Positions 10,805 to 20,139 of a stretch of DNA of 64,000 nt are shown in pieces. Made by a program: the position numbers and the translations under genes. Under the pieces are notes generated by a model that searched no databases, had not been told where the DNA came from, and saw only the letters and a program-made list of their open reading frames with translations. The stretch is from the NCBI GenBank assembly GCA_963737265.1, contig CAVTRY010000011.1, positions 320,001 through 384,000 on the forward strand. The letters run 5' to 3'. Source of the stretch: an uncultured delta proteobacterium. GTDB taxonomy: Bacteria; Myxococcota_A; Polyangia; Fen-1088. The stretch's first letter is position 1, and each line of letters starts with the position of its first letter.

Positions 10805-10928
10805 CGAGTCATCATGTCTCGTCTCCACGTCTCGTCTCCTTTCTGGGTGTGCGGCGTAGCGCGCTCCCACGCCGCCGCCGAAGGATTGCTGCTTGATCGC
10901 ACCATCCCGCTTGCGTATATCTCCTGCC

Positions 10929-12776
10929 ATGGCCGACCCGGTGCGCACGCTGCTTTTGGAAATCGAGGAACAGTGCAGGCGAATGCCTGGCGTCCAACTT
11001 GTCGCCGCCCTGGGGGGCCAGGCGCGACTCGACAAACTCAGGCCGCAATTTCCGAGCGCGATCTCGCCGGGGTACGCCGCCTTCGCCTCTCGCTATGACG
11101 GCGGGACGCTGGCCCGACCACCGGTGCCGGCAGACGCTCAGGTTTCCTTGGATAATTCTGTAGTCTCGACAAAGTCTCCGGAAGGCAATCAGCAAGGCAT
11201 GGCCAGCGACGATGGCGTGTATCTGCAACTTCTGACCTTCGAGGAAAGCCAGCGGCTCCTGCGCGAAGCCGGGCAGCCGTCCGACTGGAAGGGGCTGTGG
11301 CCTGTGGCCCGCCGCGGTCCGCGTATTTTCGCGCTGGATTTCGAAGCCAGCCCGGACGGTGAACAGCCGGTGGTCGAGGTCGCCGATCGCAGCGTGGACA
11401 GGGTGGGAAGCAGCTTCCTGCGCTTTCTTTCCGCTTGCTTGGGCGAAATCACCTTGGGCGAAAGCGCCGACCCGATGGTTCTTGCGAGCGAGCTTTGCCG
11501 GCGCGATCCCGGCCTGGCCGAACATTGGGTTCATCTCATCGACTTTCTCGAGGACGCTGGTCGCAAGAGCGAAATCGACGCCGTCCTCGACGAGGCGCTT
11601 CGCTGCGCCAGTCCGCCCGGGCCGGCCCTGGTGATTCAAGTCGCCCTGCGCGCGCTCAACAAGGGCGACACCGTCCGCGCCCTGGCTGCCATCGAGGATG
11701 CTCTTGGACTGGAACCGCTCACCGCGCGTGACGATGACGCTCGCCTGGACGCGGCGGCGATCCTGCTCGTGCTGGCCGAGCAGCGCGGTGACGACAAGGC
11801 CAAGGCGCGGGCGCGCGAAGTGCTCGGCACCGCCGCCTCGTCGACCGGCGCGTACTGGCGGGGCGAGGCCTTGCGTGCCTACGTTTTGGGGGACGCAGAG
11901 CGGGCGCGGCTGGCCTCGCAGGTGGTTGCGGTTCTGGTCAGCGGCGATGAGGATCTCCCGCGTATGGCTCAGCCCAATCCGAGCTTGCCCAACCTGACCA
12001 GTGCGCTGCGAGCGCTGCTCAAGGCGCGCGAAGCGATCGAACAAGGCGATCTCGACGAGGCCACTCGTCAGGCGCGGATGGCGGTCAGGGATCGGCCAGA
12101 CCTCGGCGTCTGTCACGCGGTGCTGGCCGAGACGCTGAACGCCGCGCGGGATCGCGGTGCGCTCGAAGCGGCCCGCCGCGCAACCGAGCTCAACCCCGCG
12201 CTGGTGGACGGCTGGCGCGAGCTCGGCGACGCCTACCTCGAAGCTCGCCAAGCAGGGAAAGCCGAAGCCGCCTACCGCGAAGCCCTGGCCCGCGACGAGA
12301 GCTACGCGCTCGCGCGCGCCAAGCTGGCGCAGGCCCTGCTGGAGCAAAGTCGATCGCGTGAAGCCCTGGAGATGGCTCTTTCGGCCGAAGATCGCGGCGG
12401 CGATGCCTTCATGGTCGCAGCCATCCGCGGCGACATTCTGGCCGAGATGAGTCGCCACGACGAGGCGGCGGAATCCTACGACCGGGCGCTGCGCATGGAG
12501 CCCGAGGATCATTGGGTCTTACATCAGGCCGCCATCGCCCACAGCCGCGCCGGCAACGACGAGCGCGCGGTCGGCCTTTTCGAGCAGGCGCTGCGCTACG
12601 ACCGCGACGGGTGCCATCAAACTCTCGTCGATTATGGCGACCTTCTGCGACGGGTCGGGCGCATTGGCGACGCCGTCCGCATGTACCGCAAGGCCGTGGC
12701 AGCCGTGCCAAGCGATCCCGACTGGCGACGTGTTCTGCGCGAGGCCGAGCGCGAGCTGATGGCAGCGCCGAACTGA
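10929..12776 (+). CDS. SMI1/KNR4 (SUKH)-like domain fused to TPR repeats
   Basis: The N-terminus (PGYAAFASRYDGG...LWPVA...IFALDF...EQPVVEV...VGSSFLRFL) matches the SUKH pattern; the C-terminal half is 34-aa TPR repeats. Confidence 0.7.
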   Translation: MADPVRTLLLEIEEQCRRMPGVQLVAALGGQARLDKLRPQFPSAISPGYAAFASRYDGGTLARPPVPADAQVSLDNSVVSTKSPEGNQQGMASDDGVYLQLLTFEESQRLLREAGQPSDWKGLWPVARRGPRIFALDFEASPDGEQPVVEVADRSVDRVGSSFLRFLSACLGEITLGESADPMVLASELCRRDPGLAEHWVHLIDFLEDAGRKSEIDAVLDEALRCASPPGPALVIQVALRALNKGDTVRALAAIEDALGLEPLTARDDDARLDAAAILLVLAEQRGDDKAKARAREVLGTAASSTGAYWRGEALRAYVLGDAERARLASQVVAVLVSGDEDLPRMAQPNPSLPNLTSALRALLKAREAIEQGDLDEATRQARMAVRDRPDLGVCHAVLAETLNAARDRGALEAARRATELNPALVDGWRELGDAYLEARQAGKAEAAYREALARDESYALARAKLAQALLEQSRSREALEMALSAEDRGGDAFMVAAIRGDILAEMSRHDEAAESYDRALRMEPEDHWVLHQAAIAHSRAGNDERAVGLFEQALRYDRDGCHQTLVDYGDLLRRVGRIGDAVRMYRKAVAAVPSDPDWRRVLREAERELMAAPN

Positions 12777-12851
12777 AGAAGCCAGGAAGAAACTGAGGGC
12801 AGGTAACCCGGTCGCGTGCAGACCCGAAGGTCCGCACGCGCGGGCCGCCAT

Positions 12852-12887
12852 GACTGCCATGACGACTGCCATGACGACTGCCATGAC
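12852..12887. repeat. Perfect 12-bp tandem repeat x3 (GACTGCCATGAC)
   Basis: Directly visible between two convergent genes. Confidence 0.85.
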
Positions 12888-12978
12888 CGAGGCACTGGAC
12901 GAGCAGAAGCTGGACGTCGGGCGGGTCCTCACCGAAAGCGGCGCGAGGACATCGTCTCTCATCACGCCGAACAAAAAC

Positions 12979-14005
12979 TCACCGACTGCGCCGCGTGTGG
13001 CTGGGGACGCGGGCGAGGTGGAGGCCGAACCAGTGTCGCTCGTCGTACCAGGTTCGCTCCAGGCGAAAGCCGGCGTCGACGAGCAGGCGATTGATCGTCG
13101 CGCGCGTGAACTTGTAGCTCGAACTCGGTGTGAATGCGCTGGCCGGGCGCGAAGTGAATTTCGGCGCCCACGGTCCCGAGCGACACGTTTTGCGCGCCCA
13201 CACTGGCCAGATAAAGCTCGATGCGGGAGGCGGCGCGATTCCAGCGCACCACGTGCTCGAAGCGATCGACATCGAACGTGGCGCCCACGTCGCGATTGAT
13301 GCGCACGAGCACGTTCTTGTTGAACCGGGCCGTCACCCCTTGGGCGTCGTCATAGGCAGGCAGCAAGATCGACTCGGCCTTGCGCAGATCCGCGCCGATG
13401 AGGAACGCGTCGCCTGGCAGCAGACGACGACGGATCGCCCGCAATAGCTTCCGCGCCGACGGGGGATCATAGTTTCCGAGGTTCGAGCCCAGAAACAGCA
13501 GCAGTCGCTGTCCGGCGGGCGCATCGAGAAAACCCAGCTCCTCGGGATAGCGGGCCACCACCGGCCGCACGGTCAGCCGCCGGAACCGCGTCAACTCGGA
13601 TTGCGCCAGGGACAGCGCCGCCGCCGAAACGTCGACCGGCGTAAAGGTGACGCGGGCCTGGCGGTCGAGCAGCGCCGCCAGCACCAGACGCGTTTTCGAA
13701 GCCGTGCCCGCGCCCAGCTCGATCACCGTCGGGGGTGCACCGGCCGCCTCGATGATCTCGCCAGCGTGGCGGGCCAGAATACCCCGCTCGGTACGCGTCA
13801 GGTAGTACTCGGGAAGTGCGGTGATGTCCTCGAATAGCGCCGAGCCCTGCACATCGTAGAGCAGCCAGGGCGGAAGGCGCATGCGGGGCCGCAGCAGGCC
13901 CTCGCGCACGGCATCGGCCACGGCGCGCACCGTGGCGGCAGCGACGGAACGAAACGCCGGGGCGGCACGTTGACCGGCCCAGACCTCGGCGCTCGCGCTG
14001 GTCAC
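12979..14005 (-). CDS. egtD: L-histidine N-alpha-methyltransferase EgtD, +1 frameshift at ~13122
   Basis: LYD..GSALFEDIT.LPEYYLTRTE, ELGAGTASKT, FLGSNLGN and AYDDAQGVTARFNKN. The conserved IHTE-SSYKF continues in another frame to the stop at 12979. Confidence 0.9.
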
Positions 14006-15261
14006 GCGTCACGCGCCAGGCGAATCCCGCTGGCCTGCCAGCGAGCCGCCGGCGGAAAGAAGTTGCGATAGCTCTGCCGCATGTGACTCGACGGCGTGAA
14101 ACACGATCCCCCTCGCAGCACCATCTGGTTGCACATGAATTTTCCGTTGTACTCGCCGATCGCGCCGGCGGGCGCTCGATAACCGGGATAGGCAACGTAA
14201 GGGCTCTGGGTCCAGACCCACGTGTCCCCGAAAAAGTTGCTGCCCCGGGCGGCCGGGTGGTAACGCCCGCTTTCGACGAAATTCCCGAGCAAAGGCTCTT
14301 CCGCCGCCACGTGCTCCCACTCCTCCTCGGTGGGAAGCCGGGCCTCGGCCCAGCGCGCGAACGCGTCTGCCTCGAAGTAGCTGACGTGGACGACCGGCTC
14401 CATCGGATCTACGGGGCGCGGGCCGGCCAGCGTATAGCTCGCCCACTCTGGGTTCCCGTCGCTGCCGCCCTCGCCCGGCCGCCAGTAAAGCGGCGCCCGC
14501 CACTGTTCCCGCTGACACAGCAGCCAACCGTCGGAGAGCCAGAGCTCCGGGCGCCGATACCCTCCATCGCGCATGAAGCGGAGGTACTCGCCGCAGGTGA
14601 CGAGCCGATCGGCCAGCGCGAACGATCGCAAGTACGCCTTGTGCCGTGGCCCTTCGTTGTCGAAAGCGAAGCCGGGTCCTTCGTGCCCAATCGCGACGAC
14701 GCCGCCTCTGAAGGTCCGAAACGTCGTGGGCCGATGCTCCACATCGACGTCCGGCTCGCGTGCGGCAAGGCTGTCCGAAAAGGCGCCATACGCCGGCTGA
14801 AGCGGATTGTTGCCGAGGGCGTGTTTGATGTCCGTCAGCAGCAGCTCCTGGTGCTGCTGCTCGTGATGAAGCCCGAGCTCGATTGTGGTCAGGACGGTCG
14901 GCGAGGCGTTCCCCTTTTCGAGCAGGTGCATCACCGCATCGTCCACCTGACGGCGGTAGACGCGAACCTCCGTCAGCGACGGTCGCGACAATGTCCCGCG
15001 GCGCGCGCGCTCGAACCTTTCGCCGATGGCTTCGTAGTACGAATTGAAGAGCATCCGATAGCGCGGATCGGGCGATCGGTAACCACCGGCCGCGTCCACG
15101 GTCAGCACGAAGGTCTCGAAGAACCAGCCCGTGTGCGCGAGGTGCCACTTGGTCGGGCTGGCGTCCGGCATCGACTGAACTTGCTGATCTTCGGCCGAAA
15201 GGGGATCGGCCAGGGCCTCGGTTTGCGCGCGCACGGCACGGTATTGGTCGAGCAATCGCAT
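14002..15261 (-). CDS. egtB: Ergothioneine sulfoxide synthase EgtB
   Basis: QSMPDASPTKWHLAHTGWFFE, FNSYYE, HHEQQHQEL (Fe ligands), and an FGE-sulfatase domain with GEYNGKFMCNQMVLRGGS. Confidence 0.95.
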   Translation of the reverse strand: MRLLDQYRAVRAQTEALADPLSAEDQQVQSMPDASPTKWHLAHTGWFFETFVLTVDAAGGYRSPDPRYRMLFNSYYEAIGERFERARRGTLSRPSLTEVRVYRRQVDDAVMHLLEKGNASPTVLTTIELGLHHEQQHQELLLTDIKHALGNNPLQPAYGAFSDSLAAREPDVDVEHRPTTFRTFRGGVVAIGHEGPGFAFDNEGPRHKAYLRSFALADRLVTCGEYLRFMRDGGYRRPELWLSDGWLLCQREQWRAPLYWRPGEGGSDGNPEWASYTLAGPRPVDPMEPVVHVSYFEADAFARWAEARLPTEEEWEHVAAEEPLLGNFVESGRYHPAARGSNFFGDTWVWTQSPYVAYPGYRAPAGAIGEYNGKFMCNQMVLRGGSCFTPSSHMRQSYRNFFPPAARWQASGIRLARDA

Positions 15262-15338
15262 AATGGAGGGGCTGAAGATAGCGCCGAAATCCCGTCGCGG
15301 GAGGGAGACTGCGTCAGGAAAGCAAACGGGGCGCGGAG

Positions 15339-15431
15339 GAACCATCCGCCTTGCTTGAAACCCTCCTCACCGGTCGGGTCCTGTACGACTCCGTCGAGCG
15401 CAACATTCTCGCTGATGACAATCTTTCCCAT
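15339..15431 (-). pseudogene. N-terminal stub of a dihydrofolate reductase/RibD_C-family gene
   Basis: MGKIVISENVALDGVVQDPTGEEGFKQGGWF is a typical RibD_C-family start; family resemblance stops after 31 codons. Confidence 0.65.
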
Positions 15432-15437
15432 TTTGAC

Positions 15438-15884
15438 CTATTCCTCCGGATTGGGCTGTCCTTTGCCCGTCGCAACCAGGCTGCGCAGACTGTCGTTGAC
15501 GTAATACCCCCAAGCGCCCGAACAGCCGCCGTAACATTCGAAGGTCGGAACCAGACCGACGTGCGTGAAGCGGAGCTCGGTCTTTCCGCGCTTCCTGGTA
15601 ATCTCGAAGACTATCTCCGTGCCGTTCCATTCGGTCTTGTCCTTGACGAAGTTGAGCTTGGCGTCCGTGACGTGCCACACGATTCGCTTTCCCGGCACCA
15701 GCTCGGTGATCTTCTGGGTGCTGCGGTGAACGTCCTTGTAGCGGTAACTGAACTCGGCGCCGAGCTCGTCGGTGCTGCCGTCGATTTCTCCTGACCACCA
15801 TTCACGGACGTTGTTGACGGCTGCGAAGACTTCTTCGGGAGACTGATCGACGGTAAAAGAGGTCGTAAAATTGCGCGTGCTCAT
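15438..15884 (-). CDS. SRPBCC/AHSA1-family protein
   Basis: FTTSFTVDQSPEEVFAAVNNVREWW, TELVPGKRIVWHV, TELRFTHVGLVP..ECY; GGAGG RBS. Confidence 0.85.
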   Translation of the reverse strand: MSTRNFTTSFTVDQSPEEVFAAVNNVREWWSGEIDGSTDELGAEFSYRYKDVHRSTQKITELVPGKRIVWHVTDAKLNFVKDKTEWNGTEIVFEITRKRGKTELRFTHVGLVPTFECYGGCSGAWGYYVNDSLRSLVATGKGQPNPEE

Positions 15885-15940
15885 GATTTTTCCTCCGTTG
15901 CGATGCGGGTGTGAAGTTCGGTTCGACCTTCTGAAGCCAA

Positions 15941-15967
15941 GACGACATGGGGGCCGAAATTTCATCG
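15941..15967 (-). promoter_or_regulatory. SigG/ECF56-type promoter
   Basis: CGATGA-N18-GTC on the minus strand ahead of the SRPBCC gene, divergent from a SnoaL-tailed ECF. It matches the recalled mycobacterial SigG core consensus. Confidence 0.6.
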
Positions 15968-16048
15968 CCCTGTTCATCGAAATCTTCTTTGCGCCGGACG
16001 TCTGCGTCGGCGGCAACCTCGGGGGGGCTCGCGGCATCTTCCAGACAG

Positions 16049-17050
16049 ATGCTCCTACAGGCGAGGGACGAAGACTTCCGGACGCAACTCGAGCCTCATC
16101 GGAGGGCGATTACGCTGCACTGCTACCGGATGCTCGGCTCGCTCCAGGAGGCCGAAGACGTCGCTCAGGAAAGCCTGCTTCGCGCCTGGCAGCGGCTCGA
16201 TGAACGGAGGTCGAGCGTCTCGACCCGCGCCTGGCTCTACCAGATCGCCACCAACGCCTGCCTCGACCTCTTGAAGACCCGCCGGCGGCGTGCGCTTCCC
16301 CATTTGCTCGCCCTGCCGGCGGCCCCGGGTGCGGCTTTCGGCCCGCCATTGCACGAGGAGGTTTGGATCGAGCCGGCGCCCGATTCCCTCTTCGACGTGG
16401 CCGATGTTGTGGAGCCCGGACCCGAACGGCGCGCGGCGCTGCGCGAGAGCGTCGGCTTGGCTTTCATTGCCGCGTTGCAATTCCTGTCGCCCAAGCAACG
16501 GGCGGCGCTCCTGCTCGTGGACGTCCTCGGCTGGAGCCCCGAAGGGACGGCGAGCCTGCTCGAGGCGAGCGTCGCTTCCGTCAACTCGCTCCTACAGCGG
16601 GCGCGCAAGAATGTCGAATCACGGAGCGAGGAGAGCAGGCCCGATTCTGGAGCAAACGACGAGGAGCTCCTGCGGCGCTATATCACCACTTGGGAAAGCG
16701 GGGATCTCCACGCCTTCACCACTTTGCTCGCCGAAGATGCCCGACTGTCGATGCCGCCCCAGCCGGAGTGGTACGCCGGGCGCGAAGCCATCCACCGCTT
16801 CCTCGCGCACATCATGGCCACCCAGCCCCATCGCTACCGGCTGGTTCCGGTGGCGGCGAATGGTCAGGCTGCGGTGGCGGTGTACACGGCGCCGCTTGCA
16901 GCAGGGGACTTCCGCGGGGAGGCAATCAACCTCGTGTCGATGCGTTGCGGTCAGGTCACGCAGATGACCCGATTCGCGGCACCGCGGCTCTTCCCGTCGT
17001 TCGGCCTTCCCGGGCGCCTCCCAAGGCATGCCTCAGAGAGTGTCCTATAG
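16049..17050 (+). CDS. ECF sigma factor with C-terminal SnoaL-like domain (SigG/ECF56-like)
   Basis: HCYRMLGS..EAEDVAQESLLRAW, WLYQIATNACLD, LAFIAALQ, SVNSLLQRAR, SMPP..WY.G and ANGQAA. Confidence 0.9.
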   Translation: MLLQARDEDFRTQLEPHRRAITLHCYRMLGSLQEAEDVAQESLLRAWQRLDERRSSVSTRAWLYQIATNACLDLLKTRRRRALPHLLALPAAPGAAFGPPLHEEVWIEPAPDSLFDVADVVEPGPERRAALRESVGLAFIAALQFLSPKQRAALLLVDVLGWSPEGTASLLEASVASVNSLLQRARKNVESRSEESRPDSGANDEELLRRYITTWESGDLHAFTTLLAEDARLSMPPQPEWYAGREAIHRFLAHIMATQPHRYRLVPVAANGQAAVAVYTAPLAAGDFRGEAINLVSMRCGQVTQMTRFAAPRLFPSFGLPGRLPRHASESVL

Positions 17051-17144
17051 GCCAAGCGGCGAGTTTATTGTGGCATGGACTGCCAAAATGGTGGTCAATC
17101 AGCCCGCGTGCTGGACGTCAACTACATTCACCCGGTGACGTCAA

Positions 17145-17993
17145 TTACATCGCCCCATTGTTGTCGGGGGTAGTTGTCGTTGGTTGATCGGTAGTTGTCG
17201 TAGTTGTCGCTGGGGTGGTGACGCCTCTCTTTCGTGCTTCTTCGCTGCGGTAGCTGGGGCCGGTCATCTCAAGGATGACCGCGTGGTGGACCAGTCGGTC
17301 GATGGCGGCGGCGGTGGTCATGGGATCCTTGAAAATGCGGATCCAATCGCTGAAGACCAGGTTGCTGGTGATGAGGACGCTCTTGCGTTCGTACCGCTCG
17401 GCCAGGAAGGTGAAAAGGACCTCCATTTCATCGCGGCTCTGCTGGACGTAGCCGATGTCGTCGAGGATCACGGCGTGATAGATGTCGAGCGCGGCCAGTT
17501 CTCGTTCCAGGCGAAGGTCGCGCTTGGCGGCCAGCAGCCTCTGGACAAGCGCGAAGGTCGGCGTGAAGAGGACCCGGTAGCCGCGCCGGATGAGTTCGTG
17601 GCCGATGGCAGCCACAACGTGACTTTTGCCTCGGCCGGGCAGTCCGAAGACGAGCAGGTTCTCCCCACGTTCGACAAAGCCACCCTCACACAGGCTCGCC
17701 ATCTGCTTCATCACCTTGGGTGACAGCCGACCACGTTCCAGGGTGGCCAGGGTTTTCTCCGTGGGAAGGTCCGAATCGCGAAGCGCGCGATCGATGCGAC
17801 GGGTTCGGCGCTCTTCGATTTCCAGTTCGGCCAGGTGCTGGAGGTATTGGCTGAAGGTCCACCCCTCGCGGCTGGCCTTGATCGCGATCTCCTCGGCGTG
17901 CCGGGTGAAGGCAGGCAGCTTGAGCGCGCGCAGAAGCACCAGCAGAGCGTCGAGCGCGCTCGGCTTGACCGTGTCTACGGAGACGTTGGTCAT
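17145..17993 (-). CDS. istB: IS21 helper ATPase IstB
   Basis: GLPGRGKSH (Walker A), ILDDIGY, LITSNLVFSDW and AAIDRLVHH; ATGA overlap with istA. Confidence 0.95.
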   Translation of the reverse strand: MTNVSVDTVKPSALDALLVLLRALKLPAFTRHAEEIAIKASREGWTFSQYLQHLAELEIEERRTRRIDRALRDSDLPTEKTLATLERGRLSPKVMKQMASLCEGGFVERGENLLVFGLPGRGKSHVVAAIGHELIRRGYRVLFTPTFALVQRLLAAKRDLRLERELAALDIYHAVILDDIGYVQQSRDEMEVLFTFLAERYERKSVLITSNLVFSDWIRIFKDPMTTAAAIDRLVHHAVILEMTGPSYRSEEARKRGVTTPATTTTTTDQPTTTTPDNNGAM

Positions 17994-19489
17994 GATGCCA
18001 CCTGTTCGAGGAGCAGGTCGTAGGACGCGAGATCGACCAGCGGTGCTTCGAGCGCGGGGACGCTCGGTGGATAGGTACTGTCCGTCGCCTGTGTGCATCT
18101 CTTCTTGGTTGCATCCGCCGTCAAGATGGTCCCATCGGCAAGCAGAGTCGTGAGCGCTTGCTCAACATCGGCTTCCATCGTGCTGGCGGCCAGGTGAAGA
18201 ATGCGCAGGTATTCAACGTCGCCTTTGATTCCAGGCTTGGTCGCCTGGATCGCGTCGTATGCCCGCCTGAAAGTCACGCTTGGAAACAGCTCTTCTCGGT
18301 AGACGTAGCGAGAAAACGCGCCCGGCTTGCGCACCAAAGACCAGATGACGTGCCGGTAGTCGATGCGCGCGGTCTTGCCTCGCAGCCTGTCGCAGGCCAA
18401 TTCCAAGTTGTCGGCGTAGTACACCTCGATTCGGTGCTCGAACACGCGGACTCTCACCCGTGCGCCGATCAGCCTCGACGGCACCGAGTAGGCGCACGAC
18501 TTGACCCGGATGGTGCTCGTCGACGCCACAGGTGCCGTCATTTCTGCGTACTCCGGCAAACGCTCCACCACCAGCGGCCGCATGGCTTCGATCTCCTCGG
18601 CGACGCGCGGGCCTCGCGAAGCGTTGGCTTTGCGGACCACCTTGGCTACGAAGCGTTCGTAGTCGTCTTGGTCCGCGAAGTCGCGGCTGCCACGCACCAG
18701 CAACGCTTGTTCAAGCCGACGCTTGAGCGCGCCGTTGCTGGCCTCCACATCGCCGTTTTGTTCCTTGGCCCCGACGGCTGTAGTTCGTGCCTCCATTCCG
18801 AGGTGCCGCATGACCGCCTTGTATTCATCGTTGAAAGTGCGATCTTCCGCATCGCGAGCGATCTGATGTGTCGCCGCCGTCGAGTGGTCGGTTTGGTGGT
18901 ATCGCGGCACCCGCCCAAGCTGGAACAGCGCCGACTGGATCCCTCGCCGAAGCGCTGCCAGAGACTCCGACAGACACGCGGTCGCCCATTGCCAGTTCGA
19001 GTACGGCAGCACCGTCACGCACAAAAGGTGCACAAATAGCTGGCCCACGATCGTCACACCAAGCTCCGCCGTCGACGTGAAGTCGGTTTGCGCGGCTTCA
19101 CCGGGCCGATGCGCCTGCGTGAACCAAATCTCACGCGCAGGACCATGCTCGGCCCGCCAGCGACGGATTCGCCGCTGCATTGTCCGAAGATGGCTCTCGT
19201 TGTACCGCCCTGGCTGCTTCGCCTCCAGCAGCTCCAGCACCGTCTGAGCCTCCAGCCCAGGCGTTTCCTCCAGCAACTTGGCCACGGCTGGCCAGTCCTC
19301 GGCGAACGCGTCAGGGCGCGTCCGCCACCACCGCGGCTGCCGTAGCTCCGACGGTAGCTTGCCCGCGGCGATGTATCGCCGCCCTGTCTTCCGGTCCATG
19401 CCCGCCTTCATGGCGGCCTGGCCTACTTTTCCAATCTTGCTCATCTCTTCCATCAAACGCCTCACTTGGGCGTCGGTGACCGGCTTCAA
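17990..19489 (-). CDS. istA: IS21 transposase IstA
   Basis: N-terminal HTH, PGEAAQTDFT, QTDH, NGDVEASN (DDE) and YSVPSRLIG. Confidence 0.93.
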   Translation of the reverse strand: MKPVTDAQVRRLMEEMSKIGKVGQAAMKAGMDRKTGRRYIAAGKLPSELRQPRWWRTRPDAFAEDWPAVAKLLEETPGLEAQTVLELLEAKQPGRYNESHLRTMQRRIRRWRAEHGPAREIWFTQAHRPGEAAQTDFTSTAELGVTIVGQLFVHLLCVTVLPYSNWQWATACLSESLAALRRGIQSALFQLGRVPRYHQTDHSTAATHQIARDAEDRTFNDEYKAVMRHLGMEARTTAVGAKEQNGDVEASNGALKRRLEQALLVRGSRDFADQDDYERFVAKVVRKANASRGPRVAEEIEAMRPLVVERLPEYAEMTAPVASTSTIRVKSCAYSVPSRLIGARVRVRVFEHRIEVYYADNLELACDRLRGKTARIDYRHVIWSLVRKPGAFSRYVYREELFPSVTFRRAYDAIQATKPGIKGDVEYLRILHLAASTMEADVEQALTTLLADGTILTADATKKRCTQATDSTYPPSVPALEAPLVDLASYDLLLEQVAS

Positions 19490-19820
19490 AGGTGCCTCCT
19501 GCCCGCTTGCGGGCTTGGAGGTCTACCTCACGGTCACCGTCGCGCCTCAAAGCGGGGCGACGTAGCTGTCGTCTTTGGGGAGATGTAATTGTCGCTCAGC
19601 AGCCCGCGTGGCCCCGTGCTGCGGCCCCGATCGTAACGGTGCCGGGACGAGCACGCGTTCGACCAGATCAGCAAGATACGACGGCAACCCCGGGATCGCC
19701 TGGGGAGTTTCTATGACGGGGTGTGGCTCTGCCGCGAAAGGTGCCTCGCCCGCAAGAAAACGGCGGGCATACTTGCTCCTGGCAATCGATGACCGGCTAC
19801 TCAACCTAGGAGACCCGCTC

Positions 19821-20105
19821 ATGAAGAAGTCAGATCCGTCCTGTCCCCACCTCGAAGCGATCAATCCGCACACGCGTCCGAAGTCTCACGGCTGTGCCGA
19901 ATGCCTGGCGATGGGGGACTCGTGGGTGCACCTGCGCCTGTGCATGCAGTGCGGGAACGTGGGCTGCTGCGACGACTCGAAGAACCGCCACGCCACGAAG
20001 CACTTCCACGCCACCCACCACCCCATCATGCGCTCCCTGGAACCCGGCGAGACCTGGGGCTGGTGCTTCGTCGACAACCTCGGCTTCGACCCCTTGATCG
20101 AATAG
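19821..20105 (+). CDS. UBP-type zinc finger protein
   Basis: C.HL...GCAECL..GDSWVHLRLC..CG.VGCCDDSKNRHATKHF...W.WC; AGGAG RBS. Confidence 0.9.
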   Translation: MKKSDPSCPHLEAINPHTRPKSHGCAECLAMGDSWVHLRLCMQCGNVGCCDDSKNRHATKHFHATHHPIMRSLEPGETWGWCFVDNLGFDPLIE

Positions 20106-20139
20106 CCTCGTAAATGAGGCCACGGCGAAGCTCGCGCGA

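Larger units (their letters stand above)
17109..19601 (-). mobile_element. IS21-family insertion sequence, 2493 bp
   Basis: TG...CA ends with imperfect inverted repeats (TGCTGGACGTCAACTACATTCACCC vs TGCTGAGCGACAATTACATCTCCCC), a second internal IR copy near 17136-17157, and a 7-bp target duplication GCCCGCG at 17102-17108 and 19602-19608. Confidence 0.93.

Noticed and set aside
12852-12887. 12-bp triple repeat as part of a small gene or regulatory array
   Set aside because: Overlapping ORFs lack coding evidence; most simply a slippage VNTR.
19609-19820. Gene interrupted by the IS21 element
   Set aside because: Rejoining the empty site gives a minus-strand frame that stops two codons later with no recognisable family or start.
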